In this document: piece by piece, positions 51,583 to 64,000 of the stretch
Layout of the letters: every line of letters begins with the position of its first letter
Numbering within the stretch: the first letter of the stretch is position 1
Assembly (NCBI RefSeq): GCF_006345805.1
Contig: NC_043000.1
Span: 47,182,001 to 47,246,000, forward strand
Direction of reading: 5' to 3'
Length of the DNA stretch: 64,000 bases
Origin: Octopus sinensis
Taxonomy: Eukaryota
Notes under the pieces: generated by a model
The model's database searches: none
What the model was told of the DNA's origin: nothing
The model's input: only the letters and a program-made list of their open reading frames with translations
Made by a program: the position numbers and the translations under genes

Positions 51583-52807
51583 CACGAGTTCATTTTGTAC
51601 ATAAATGACACGTACAGAATTTCAGAAACAACAAAATATGATCTAATTGCAGACAATACAAATAATTAATTTTTCTTTTATGGAGATATTACAATCTTTT
51701 GGAGTAGGTTACACGAGAAATGTAAAAATTAAAATGATGGTGTCTATGTGAACAAATGTTCATTATATTTTAACAAGACGAAGATTGTGTTGTTTGGAAA
51801 TTGTAAAATGTGTACTAGTGGACACGCAATGAAAATGAAATTTAGATATTGTTACTATAACGGCATGTCTGCTATCTCCTTGATGAGAAATATTAATTTC
51901 TAACGTAGATACAACATCTTAGCTTTCTTTTTCTCATTTTTTTTATGAAAGGCTTATATTTAATTAACTCCAGTTACTTGACTCGTTAGAAATTATCTTT
52001 CCGTTCGTGGAAAGATGGACGGTAACGAGAATTTTGATGTGATTCGAAACCATGACGTAAGAGGTGTAACAAATTCTGCCAATCTTATGACACTGTTTTC
52101 TCTCCGCCGTTCTATTAATTTTGCTAATCAACTTTCCTGATTGCGAAATCATTCAGATTTAGATTGAATAAACAATTTTCTCGATGTGGGACCTTATCAA
52201 CATTAATTATAAAGAGAAAAGAGAAATAGTCCCATATTTAATATCCTAGTAGGTAGGTCTTTCTTAATTTTTGTAATGTTTCATCCGATATATTTAATAT
52301 AGTCCCACTTTGCTTTTCATAAATAATACATTTTTAAAATATAGCAACTCACATGGATGAGGTCAAGTTAGATGTGAAAAGATTACAGATAATCGTTGAG
52401 AATAGATTGACAATTAATAATGCTGATATATCGGTTTCAAATCAGAGGCACTTAAGCGTGAATCTTATTTGTGGCATGATAATAAATAAATGTTCAGAAA
52501 TACTACACACATTATCATTTAAACGATCATTGTTCTTTGGCATTGAAAATAAATTAAACTGATGACCAACTACCGCTTTGTTTGAGTTTTATTTACATTT
52601 AAGTTCAACATGCGAGAAATATTGTTAACTCATTCACTTTCCTAATAGTATAATGTTATATTTTCAGTAACCTATTTCGATAAAGTAAAAATCTGCTAGT
52701 CCAATGACTTCCTTTGTGAAATTCATGGACCATTTAAGTTTGCATATATGTATATTGCGCGTGTGTGTGTGCTTACATACATACGTGCATGCATACATGC
52801 AATAATA

Positions 52808-53360
52808 TATTAGGTTGTTTCAAATGAAATGTCGTATATGAAAAGTAACAATAAAATGTTTCAGAAGTGTTAGAGAACTGATTTATTTAATCAAAGGATG
52901 ATCCATGTTCATTTATGACGTTTACCCAACGTTTCTGTCCGAATTCTTCAGTTACCTCTTCTCTATTTAAGAATGTTTTATCGCTTATGAAAAGCTCAAA
53001 ATGCTTAAATAAGTGATGATCGGTAGGAGAGATATCAGGGTAATAGGGTGGATGTTGCAAGATCACATAATTCAGGCTTTGCAACTTTTGGACCGTAGCT
53101 TGAGAAGTGTAAGGATGTGCATTTTCGTGGAGAAAAATTGGGCTATCTTTATTGACTAGTCTGGGTTGCTTGTTATTCAAATTCTCATGCATACAATCAA
53201 TTTCCTGGCAATACGATGTTGCAGTTACCGTTTTTCCTTGTTGCAATAATGAATAAGGAATAACTCCCTTCCCAGACCACCATAATAACAATTCTTCGAA
53301 CGGATCATAGAAAAATAATGTTCGTCTCCATTTTGGATTAAAATAAAATGCAGACGAACA
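52808..53360 (-). mobile_element. mariner 3' half (DD34D catalytic region)
   Basis: LHENAHPY...HPPYYPDISPTDHHLF; TIR TA-TTAGGTTGTTTCAAATG at 52808. Confidence 0.85.
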
Positions 53361-54311
53361 CCTGGTCTGTTTGGATTGGGAAATCCCATAGAATTTTGCT
53401 CGTGCCCGACTGCACCACTCTCTCCGCTTTGTGCCCATACTTGCCTCTCTCTAGAGCCCACTTTTCCCACATTATCCAATGCAGTACTTTCGTGTTCAAT
53501 GCAGTACCTCATCGTGTCGCCGTAATTTATATTGGTTTTCGGCCAGTCGAGGGCATTCGTTCATGGTATGGGCAATGGTTTTGACCACTCTATTACAGAT
53601 TCAGCACGGTGGAGATACTTTCTCATTCCTAAGGTTGACCCTCCAATTTGTGGCCAAACTTTGGTGTTGCACTGACAGTATAGTACATCCAGTCTCATTT
53701 TGTCAGTATTCCTTTCTGCAACCAGTCCTATCTACGTTTTCCAGCAACTTCATTTGTGGCTACATGAAACTAATTGTGTAGTCACTTGTTGTTTAATGCT
53801 ACTTCGTGTCTCTCTTGTATTTCTTTTGTCCTTTTCTTTTTCCTGCATTCAGTATGTTCTCGTCTCTAACTGCCACTAACAACGTTTCCTTATTTTGTGT
53901 TAGACATTTCAACAAGTTCCCAAATTCGGTATGCACGCAGTCTTCCACACCTATCAGTCTTCTCCCTCCATTTACTATCTTCACATGTAGGCGATCAGTA
54001 TCTACGCGTGAATGGTGAGCTCCAAGCATTCTAAAGAGAAGTCTCGTGTTCGTGTCCATCTCTGTTACTTCGCCTTCTGTCCACCTCAGAATTCCAGCTC
54101 CATACCTCACCACTGCGACTGTGCGCGAGTTCCTTTCTGAAATTAGGTTTCTGACATTCAACTTTGAATCCACTGTTTTTATCCATCACCGCGGACACTC
54201 TTTTTTTTTTGTATTTTCTTTTTTCATATCATTATTCTTAATTCAATCTGCCCCAAACATCTGTATTTATATCAGGGTTCAGTTTCAATTGTCTTCATCA
54301 TTTCACGAATT

Positions 54312-54358
<47 letters not shown>

Positions 54359-55135
54359 TGTTGCAAACTTTCTTCGTCCCATCACCATCACGATAAATGT
54401 CTCAAGTCCAAACTCAACTTTGATACCATCCGAGAAAATCCACACAGAATGGACTGGACTGCCCAATTCTGCTTCACTTTTTGCGAACAGCAGGTGATTA
54501 AGTTTTCCTTTAGCACTTTCGAGATCATACCCCAATGTTGTCTTCCGTAAATTCAAGGGTATCACTCTCAGCACAAAGCTTCCTCTCCTGATTTTCATTA
54601 TACCTAATACTTGATACCCTGCTGTCAATTCAGTTCTCCAGCATTTCCTCCACTTCCAAATAAGGTATCTTGTGTTTTCTGCTATTCCATAGATTCCCAT
54701 ATTACTTGCTATCCAAGGGTGTGGTGTCATATAATATGTCTTACGACAATCAATGAGCACCATGCTCAGATTTGTGTACTTTCTCTTGCAGTTTCAGTTT
54801 TTTTTATTATTAGCTTGTCAATTAACAGCTGATCCTTTGTTCTCCAGCTCCTCTTTCGCACCATTTGTGTTCAATAGGTAGCGGACCACTTTGATCCTTC
54901 ACGCATAACAATGTCTTTCTCTTTGACATCTAACTAAGTCTTCCCGCAAGCTGTATTCCTCCTGCTCTGCTTTTCATTCATGGAATCCTCTCAGTTTCTT
55001 TATCAAATAACCTTGGAACACTATCCTGCACTGGGCTATTCTAATTTGGAATTTTTACTTATCTGACTTTTTATCTTTTCTGCATGTATTTTATGTTGTT
55101 TTGACATTATAAATTTCTTAAACTATCTTGAATTT
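53350..55135 (-). mobile_element. R4/Dong-clade LINE, RT to Zn-finger, truncated at both ends
   Basis: VLIDCRKTYYMTPHPWI, AVVRYGAGILRW, DRLHVKIVNGGRRL, C..C...TIAHTMNECPRLA...RRHD, KILWDFPIQTD; (TA)n inserted at ~54315-54350. Confidence 0.85.
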
Positions 55136-55140
55136 CATGC

Positions 55141-55281
55141 AGCCACTCCGTATCATCATCATCATCGTCGTCGTCGTCGTCGTCGTCGTCATCATCATCA
55201 TCATCATCATCATCGTCATTATTATTGTTACTATTATATTGTTATTATTACTATTATTATTATTATTTTCATTATTATTAC

Positions 55282-55328
<47 letters not shown>

Positions 55329-55350
55329 TATTATTATTATTATTATTATT
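55141..55350. repeat. Compound (ATC)(GTC)(ATT)n microsatellite
   Basis: Direct reading. Confidence 0.95.
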
Positions 55351-55919
55351 CAGTAGTATATTTTTTTTATATCGTGCTTTCACTCACTACCGAGCGCAGC
55401 TCTGTGTGCCTTGGGTCTGTGCTGTGATTTGTTGTGATGCTCTGATGGTTATTGTATGGAAAGTGTTCTGCATAGTATGTGTGCAGTGCCTAGTAGTGCA
55501 ATTTTCTGTATGTTATATGTGTTTGTAAGTCCTGGTGTTTTTGTTATGTGTCTGAATATTTTTTTATCATGCCTAATGCACCTACTATGAAAGGAATTGT
55601 TTCTGTTTTTATATTCCACATTCTGGTTACCTCTATTTCGAGATCTTTGTATTTTGAAAGTTTCTCCATTTCTTTTAGAGACACGTTGTCATCTGCCGGT
55701 ATTGATACATCAATTAGAAAGCATTTTTTTCTTCATGATCTCTGACAACTATATCTGGTCTGTTGGCCTTAAGTTCTCTATCTGTGTGTATCGGCATATC
55801 CCAGAGTATGGTTGCTTTCTCGTTTTCTGTGACCTTTTCTGGTGTGTGCCTATACCATCCTTTTTCTGTTGTTATTCTATAATGTTGGCATAGTTTCCAG
55901 TGTGTATAGGTTCCAACTC
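55351..55919 (-). mobile_element. R4/Dong-clade LINE 3' end (RLE plus 3' UTR) inserted in (TAA)n
   Basis: HWKLCQHY...ATILWDMPIHTDRELKANRPDIVV...LIDVSIP...KEMEKLSKYKDLEIE...IVGALG; (TAA)n on both flanks. Confidence 0.9.
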
Positions 55920-55950
<31 letters not shown>

Positions 55951-56003
55951 ATTATTATTATTATTAATAATATTATTATTATTATCATTATTATTATTAT
56001 TAA

Positions 56004-56062
<59 letters not shown>

Positions 56063-56118
56063 TTATTATCATCATTATCATTATTATTATTATTAGTATC
56101 ATTATCATTATTATTATT

Positions 56119-56150
<32 letters not shown>

Positions 56151-56170
56151 CATTATTATCATTATTATTA

Positions 56171-56220
<50 letters not shown>
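55920..56220. repeat. Imperfect (ATT/ATC)n trinucleotide array
   Basis: About 300 bp in one triplet phase; source of the poly-Ile ORFs. Confidence 0.95.
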
Positions 56221-59200
56221 GTTCGAACACCATTAATGATTCCGTTGGAGATTGATTTTTTTGTTAACCGTTTGTGTTTCTGAGTTGCTTGAGTATTGGT
56301 CAGACTAAGTTCCAATATTTGCCGTAATGGTCTGATCGGACAAAAGTCTTTAATAAGAAAAGATAAAATTTACCGGTCGCTAGGTTTGCAAAAGATTTCA
56401 TGCATCATATACAGTCGAATGCTACGCTGAGGTCAAGTCCAAAACTCTGTTTTCCACCAATTTGCTGAAGGTGAGGATGTACTGGTAAGTTAGGCTAATG
56501 TGAGCGATTTCGTTAAGACTGTCACATCTTAACAATATCAATAATATTGTACACATGAACTTTTTCACGAGTTTCCAGCAGATCATGTTTCTAAGAAAGC
56601 TGCACAGACAGTAATTAATAACAAAATGGGAAAGAATATTTTGCAGAATGTTATTGTGAATAACTGTATCTATCTCTATTGAGATGTTTCATGTGAAAAT
56701 AATGGATCAATAATTTGGAAACGCACTAGAGTGCGTTCCAGTGTCGGGATGTTAAATTCTATTACATTTTTCCAAATATAATGAGAGAGAGGAAGGGAAA
56801 GAGAGAGAAAGAAAGAACTACTAGGTAGACAGGGGATAACTATGTAATGCATTATTTTAGGGTAAGGAAATGGACATTATCAGATCAAGCTGTCAGTTTT
56901 GTTAGTTTAAATCGTAAGGAGATGCTTTCACCTTGAGAGTGATAGAGAATTATCAAATCAAATTGTTTCATTTTTCAAACAAAAGAAATTTAGTTGCTTA
57001 AAACATACAGTTCATTGATATGAAAGTTATCTTTAAATTTCACTTCAATCATAATCTATTTGTTTCATGTTAAGAACCATAGAGAAATAATAAAATGATG
57101 GTAAAAGCACAAAAACCATAATAAGACTATCAAATGGATTAAAAAAGAAAATACGGGTGATTCAAAACAGTTGACAGAAAGACAATATCTTAGAAGTATT
57201 GAAAATGTTTTAATGTTCTTTCATCAACGTAAATCATTATTTTAATTCTGAATAATTGTACATCAATAACAAATGTTTAGATGTCACACTTGTTGGTTGC
57301 ACTCAGTCAGTAGCTTTACCTTCTGTAAAGACATAAAACTGAACTAAATTTCCGTTACATTTTCAATAACACCTCCTCATACATACATACATACGCATTG
57401 ATGATGTTTTGCTCTAACGCTGAAGGAGAAAACAATACATATTTAATGAGATTAGTGACTAGTTAAACGTTGGTATAACATTAACTATATAAATAAGATT
57501 TTTGTTTCTTGTTCAAAGAAATGTCAAGCAACTTCTTTTTAAATAGTTTTTGACGTTGTTTTTTCTTTTGCTGTTGAATGGTAACCAATTAAATATATTT
57601 CTCTGTTTTATGTGAAGCAGGGCGAGGTTATTCATTTCACTCTGTTGTGTATTTACACACCTGACTGACTATGTTACGGTTTTTCTAATTGAACAATATC
57701 TTATGAAGTTGACGTCACATATTTCTTTTGTCGACATGCAACTCAATACTCCTCCAGCATACATCTATATTTTTCATAATCAGGGATCCTGTTTCAACCA
57801 GTAATAGGGTTCTGGGAGTTCAATATTCTTTAACAGTAGCAAAATAAAAAAAATAAAACACTATACATCACAAGAAAAACAGATCCTAAATCATTGCACA
57901 CTCGACTGATCATTAACACACATCTATTACCATCTATTACATTCTCTGCAAAGGTTAAAGCATTTCTAATTGTGACAACCTTACATGGTTATCACACATA
58001 ACTTCATAACGAAAACACTATCACAAAGAATAGGTTTCGTTTAGAAAGTAGCACTGTCAGTTCCAAGAAGACTATCGAATAACTGTAACAAAATAAGAAA
58101 GAGAACCTTTATCCTCTACTGTTCCTAGTATTGATATGAAAAACGTTGCTTAACTCAAGTTCTTTTTGCAGCGTTAAGCAGATGACAGGTAATTTCTTCT
58201 GGAGATGAAGTAGTAGTAGTAGTAGGAGGATGAGGAGAGGGAGGAGGAGGAGAAGGAAGAGAAGGGTTGTCGTTGGTGGTGTCGATGTTGCTGTCGTTTA
58301 ACCCTAGATTACCGACAACTCAATAGCCATAACTGATCGTTTCTTTTTATATGCCTAAGACGACATTTTCTCTTTGCTTAGACGGTAGCATGCAATTAGA
58401 CTGCAAATTTTGACAGGTCAAGGGATTGTATAAATGCTCTCAACCAGCGACTTTCTCTATAGAAGAATTGAAAACAGCACCACAGGCAAACAACCTCCCC
58501 AGTCCCTTTAGTAGTATGTTGTCAGTACTAAGCAGTAGATATTTACAGCAATTTGAAGCTATCATCTGATTACCATGGAGCCTCAGTGCCGAGGACAGAC
58601 TACAAAACATTAATGTCACAACTCCTTGATCATTCGGCTTTAGTCACTAAAAAGGAAAATGTTATCCTCATGATACAGTTCAGAATGAAACTGTCCATTT
58701 TCATATGGCATGTTATTTATTGACAAGAGCTTCACCCTATCAAAATCTTTACGTTCATTGAATCACTGGACATTCAGATTTATTGTAGGAAAAAAAAGAT
58801 GTAATTATTTTGAACATGCCATCACTTACACACTGATTAGAGAGATGAATGAAATTATAATGGTGCAAGCTGAGATCATTATTTGTTAATGAGAGATTAT
58901 TGTTTAATAACAAGAGGCAAAGAGTGTATCACAAAATATTGTGAGAATGTTTTTAAGAATTATACGCTGCAGTGTTTTGTCGCTTCTTTCACAATGACTA
59001 CTTTTGTCTATCTATAGTTTATCCATTATTATCTCACGCAGCCACTAAACCATGCATTTTGTGAGAGCATAGTATATTACGTTGTAGGACATAGTTTATG
59101 GCGGGTACTTATTTTGTCGAAGTGACTGTTTGCAAGAGTTGATTCTGTCATCTTGTTGTATTGTTTTGTTTTTTTTAAATAATTTATCATAGTCTTGGCG

Positions 59201-60384
59201 TATTTGGTTTTCATAGAAAGTAACAGAGATTAGCAATAAACATTATTTTATGAAAAAAAGAAAAACAACAACAAAAGTTTGGAAAATTCTAATAAAATAT
59301 TTTAGAGCGAAAAACTAATCTTTTAAAACTTTTTTTTTTTACTATTTCCATTTATTATTATATATAAAAAAACTTGGTTTAGATTTTTTAAACTTATTGG
59401 TTTAGATTTCTAAACTTATTTAGATTGCCGTTCATTATTTTTCCTCTTCCTATTGCTTTTTATTAGCAGTTTAGAAGTAAAGTCACAACTTTTAAATTAT
59501 CTCTAACTATAAGGAAGTTTTATTTATACTTTTAGTATGTAACTACTTCAATTCTCTTGACAGACATTAGGAATATACAAAACATTTATCATTCTGATGC
59601 AATTTATTTGCTTGTCTCACACTTATGTATATACATATACATATATAGATAAGTATGTATGTACGTATACATGCAAAAATAAATACATACACATACATAT
59701 ATCTATGTATGTATGTATGTATGTGTATCTATCTATCTATCTATCTATCTATCAATATATATATATATATATGCACACACACGTACATATATATATACAC
59801 ATGCATACACACATATATATATGTATGTGTGTGTATATATGTGTGTGTACATATATATATAGAAATATATCTTTATATATGTGTGTATACACTCACACAC
59901 GCACACACACACAAACATATAGAGTAGATATTATGTAGTCTACATGCGTAAACTTTAAAGTGGTCAATATATGCTAGCGCTAAAACATGTAGTGTCCGTT
60001 ATGTGAATGTGTGTCTTTAAGTAGCTATATGCTCACAACAAAATATTTCAGTAGGCATCACAGGAACTGGCTATTACTGATACTTGAGAAGATATATTTA
60101 TAAAACCATATTATGGATTCAAGCATATCGAGCCATACGCACACTGGTATATGCATTCACTCTTGATTACACTTGATATTGTTGTTTCTTCCATTTTTGT
60201 TTTTAAACTAGTTATTTTTATTATTATGTAGTTTAGAAAGTAATAGCAAAAATGCCAGCGTCGTATCTATGTGAACTCCAAGCAGAGTAAAGTGGTAATA
60301 ATCTTTCTGTAACAAATCTAGTAGATGAGAACCAGTAAATTTCTTTTATTTCGTGTACTTGAACTTTACAGCTATAGTCTATTG

Positions 60385-61330
60385 CTTTGTGAGATACGGG
60401 CTCCTATTAGATCGTCTATTCTACGTTTAATAGCCTGGCTAAAGATTTTTCCTTCCACTCTGACACAAAGTTTTATCTATGGTTCCAGATATTTTGTGTA
60501 AATATTTTCGAGCATTTATAATTTCCTGGTAAACTGAGTCATAAAATATGTTCAGGGAAAATGTAATGAGGAAAGCAAGATTAACTAAGATAGAAGGAAG
60601 TAAAATAACGGAACAAGCAGGTAGCAAACTCGTGTACGCAGATGACAAAACATTGACAGTAGAATATGGAGAGGGTCAAAGAAGAATGCTGGAAAATATT
60701 ATTATATAAGTAAATGTAAAGGCTGGATATTGAAACTAAACATGAAAAACTAAGGTTATATCAGGTTCACTGATTGGAGATGAATCAATGAAGTAGCGAA
60801 TGAGCTTACTGTTCTTAGGCCAAAGGTGGGAAGAAATAGTAGGGAGTGCTTGAATGAAATTAAAAGAAGAATCGCCTTTAAATCTGCTGCCACGACGTTA
60901 CTATAGAAAATTGTAAAAGATAATGGAGTGTCACAAAGTACGAAGTAGAAATTGTTAAGATCAATGGTTAATCCAATGATGATGTATAAATGCAAAAGTT
61001 GGACAATTTACAAAAGAAATAAAAAGAAAATTCATGTATTCTGAATGAGGTATTGAAGATGAACTGAGAATATCATGAACGACAATTGTTTTTGAAACAA
61101 TCAAAATTCTTTTGTTACGTTATGAGATTGCTGGTAAATGAAAAGGGTATTTTGTGGAGAAACCTGATTGTTATGATAAAAATAACGAGATGGATAGATA
61201 TAGTGAAAAAGTGATTTCTGTCACATGCATAAATCAGTGTCAAATGTGCGTGAGGAACAGTGGGGATTACAGACTATATATCCATAAGACCATCAGAAGT
61301 TGAAAAGGAGTCGAGGAAACTAAGTTAAAA
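60385..61330 (+). mobile_element. RTE (BovB-like) LINE RT/C-terminal remnant
   Basis: KLVYADD, EIKRRIA, P.MMY.C.SWT.....K.I..F..RY.R motifs, degenerate. Confidence 0.65.
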
Positions 61331-61461
61331 GCATAGTTCCAGTTTCTTTTGATTTATATCTTATCATTTAATCCTTAATTATAAATGTCTGGCCAAATGT
61401 AAAACAATGCAATAGATTTGTCCTTAATGCTTGCTAATAGAGATGTTAGGATTTTATAGAA

Positions 61462-61501
<40 letters not shown>

Positions 61502-61751
61502 GGGTGTCTGAGAGATTTTTAGTTGAAAAAAATTATTACCTTTGTATGGTACTTTTCCCATGCTGGCCACTTGATAATATCGATATTTAAATATCGATAT
61601 TATCCTTATTTATAAATTTATATATATATATATGTATATGAGAAAAAGAAGAACATGGAGAAATTGACATATAGACATCAGTTAATTCAACGATTTTCAA
61701 ATCAATATTATATTAAATTTTTATCCTAAGAATATAATATAATATAATATA

Positions 61752-61807
<56 letters not shown>

Positions 61808-61928
61808 ATATAACATGAAGCATATCAGGATCAAGTTTCTAAATACTGACAAAGGATTCTAAAATATATCATATGTAGCATTATAAAAACATGAACAATG
61901 ATTAAATACAAAAGAATATAACTACATG

Positions 61929-62847
61929 TACGAGGTGGTATCAAAAGTTTATGTTTAATAATAAGTAACTTATTGACTTAAATTTTAATATCATCTCCTT
62001 GGAAACGGTCCCCTTGCGCGGCGGCAATACACCAGTCTGAGCGTTACTGTCACTTTTGGAATCCGGCCTGGAAGTCATTTTCCGTAAGCGAGTCGATAAC
62101 CTTCTCTTATTCGCTCTGTATCTCAACAAGAGTGTTACACAGTACTCTTTGAGCTGCATTTTCATCTTGGAGAAAAAAACAGAAGTCCGCTAGTGCTAAA
62201 TCTGGTGAATAGCGTGAATGCGGAAACGATATCATGTTGTTTTTGTCGAGAAACTCACGAGTGAGGAGAGCTCGATGACAGGGTGCATTGTCTTGGTGAA
62301 AAATCCAGTTCTTCGCGCTCCACAAATCCAGTTGCGTTCGCTGAATATCTTCCATCAAGTGCTTCAAAATATCGATGTAGAATTCTTGATTGATGGTCTG
62401 GCCCTGGAAAATGAATTTTCAATGCACAATACCACATTTCCGGGATTGACACTCGTATCCGGTCTTCCAGATCGGTCATCGTCTTCCAGGGACTTCTTCT
62501 CCACTTTTGAAGTGCCTGTGCCATTCGAAACATCCCGTACACCCATTGTCCTGCTGCCATAAGCTTCCCAAAGAATCCTCAATGTCTCTGTAGCTGACTT
62601 TCCAAGTTTAACGCAAAATTTCACGTTGGCTCTTTGTTCCTGTCCATGACAAAATCGCAAACTACAACACACACGTGATCACAAAAAGAAAAACAAATTT
62701 CACAACTTGCGAACTAATTACAGCAATGTCTGTCGGCACTCGGTCTCATGAAAGTTACTACCAGCTCTCACTGTGCACGCAATCGCGTACTGCTATCTGT
62801 TGACGTGCTACAGAACTAGTCCAAGAACGTTTTAATACCACTTCCTA
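61929..62847 (-). mobile_element. Internally deleted mariner (irritans-like TIR)
   Basis: TIRs TA-CGAGGTGGTATCAAAAG and ...ttttaataccacttcc-TA; EQRANVKFCVKLGKSATET, LEDDDRSGRP, HQDNAPCH, YSPDLALADF. Confidence 0.9.
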
Positions 62848-63099
62848 TATGTTTTTACAGGTCTAATATGAGTATATCCTGTTGGGTATGTTTTAGTTTC
62901 AATCTCTGTTCACATAATTGCCAAACTAGATCAACAATAGATTAGAATTAAATATAGTTATCTACTTGAACAAAGATAATTATGACTGCTTATTTTACCA
63001 CAGTAACATCATATCATCTCTCTTGTATTCATATGATAGAGCGCTTGCGAGGTCGCTTCGGTTGTCCTCTGGTCGTAGCAGACATATTTTCATTGAAAC

Positions 63100-63530
63100 A
63101 TAGAGTAACCCTTTAAGTTCTAGTCAGTGGATTAGATATATCTACCTTGTACTTACTTGTACTTGTGGTGACATTCACCCTGGGTGGATTGAGTCGGCTT
63201 CTTCTACTATGGAAGAAGTTTCGTGGGAATATGTGGATTTCACAAGCGATCCCCAACAATCCCACATGTAGAGACAATCTGCTTGCCGCAGATTGTCCGC
63301 AGACGCAGGGACAGAACGACCGAGGAAACGCCGGTTGCCGAAACAATCACTCCGAGGATTTTCACCAGAGCCCCGTCTGCTTGGTCGTGGCCCTAATACC
63401 ACTCGGTGTCAGACCAATCCGCCTTGGGTGACCCTACCAGGAACCAAATTACCCGATGGCATAGCTCTGACACTACCCGTTGCCAGCGTCCCCACCACGG
63501 TGAGTGGGGGATGGACTTTGGGGACGCTAT
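63100..63530 (-). mobile_element. 5' UTR of an RTE/Expander-like LINE, structured
   Basis: Minus strand gagctatgcc...cctggtagggtcacccaaggc resembles RTE 5'-UTR blocks (recalled, not searched); several perfect stems. Confidence 0.5.
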
Positions 63531-64000
63531 CTACTTTGCTTATTACTACACTGGGTACCCATGCTGTACTAAATGCACGGACTAATTTCCCGTCACAGGA
63601 AAACCTAACCAGTACTTTCAGCAACATCAGAGGCTATGAGAACTAAGAGCGCTACCCTTCCAACTTAAATTAAATCAATAAAAACCGAGAAGAATAACAC
63701 ATTAGAAAATATAGTCTGGAACACACTGTCGTTGAAAAAGACAATCACGGTCCAAATTTTGCTTCAAATATTTAATAATAATGATGTCTTTATTGACGAG
63801 TGTCTAAATAACAGGAGCAGCTACATATCAATTCTACAAGAAAATAGTTCTCATTATATTATATGTAAAGCACAAGTTATTCTCTCAGCATGCGAGAAAT
63901 GTCTTCGGGTATGTTTGTGCATGCTTGATATATAGATAGGTACTCAACACACATACAAACATACACATATATTACATACATACATACATGTATATATATA

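Noticed and set aside
55872-56315. Poly-Ile ORFs of 127-147 aa
   Set aside because: (ATT/ATC)n array, no coding evidence
56415-56470. Short exon candidate ECYAEVKSKTLFSTNLLK
   Set aside because: Too short; weak acceptor; expected by chance in 64 kb
56717-56739. Small hairpin aacgcact-ag-agtgcgtt
   Set aside because: 8-bp stem with a 2-nt loop, no CTAG/TIR context; plausible by chance

Overview
AT-rich eukaryotic genomic DNA, saturated with microsatellites and transposable elements. It is most likely a coleoid cephalopod (octopus-type); this is inferred from the tRNA-derived SINE families, the density of (TA)n/(TAA)n/(GATA)n tracts and the LINE spectrum. No host protein-coding gene can be supported; only weak isolated exon candidates exist, so the window looks intergenic or deep-intronic. 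Most long ORFs in the track are microsatellite artefacts (poly-YI, poly-I) or decayed TE fragments. Supported content: about 15 SINE copies of 4-5 modular families, three non-autonomous Helitrons, four mariner relics, R4/Dong-type RLE LINEs in (TAA)n tracts, CR1-, RTE-, L1/Tx1- and Penelope-like LINE remnants, and two gag-like ORF1-only elements. Most notable: (i) a short element carrying a minimal Penelope-type hammerhead ribozyme; (ii) an A-box-less ~180-bp SINE unit with a fixed 5' start, present both as a tandem array under one TSD and as a solo TSD-flanked copy; (iii) ORF1-only (HAL1-like) retroelements; (iv) a mariner built from two left ends; (v) a Helitron that swapped its 3' end; (vi) a SINE sharing its tail with a CR1 LINE in the same window; (vii) a 1.1-kb fold-back and a pre-miRNA-like hairpin. 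Boundaries of decayed elements are approximate, and family names are by motif recognition, not database search.
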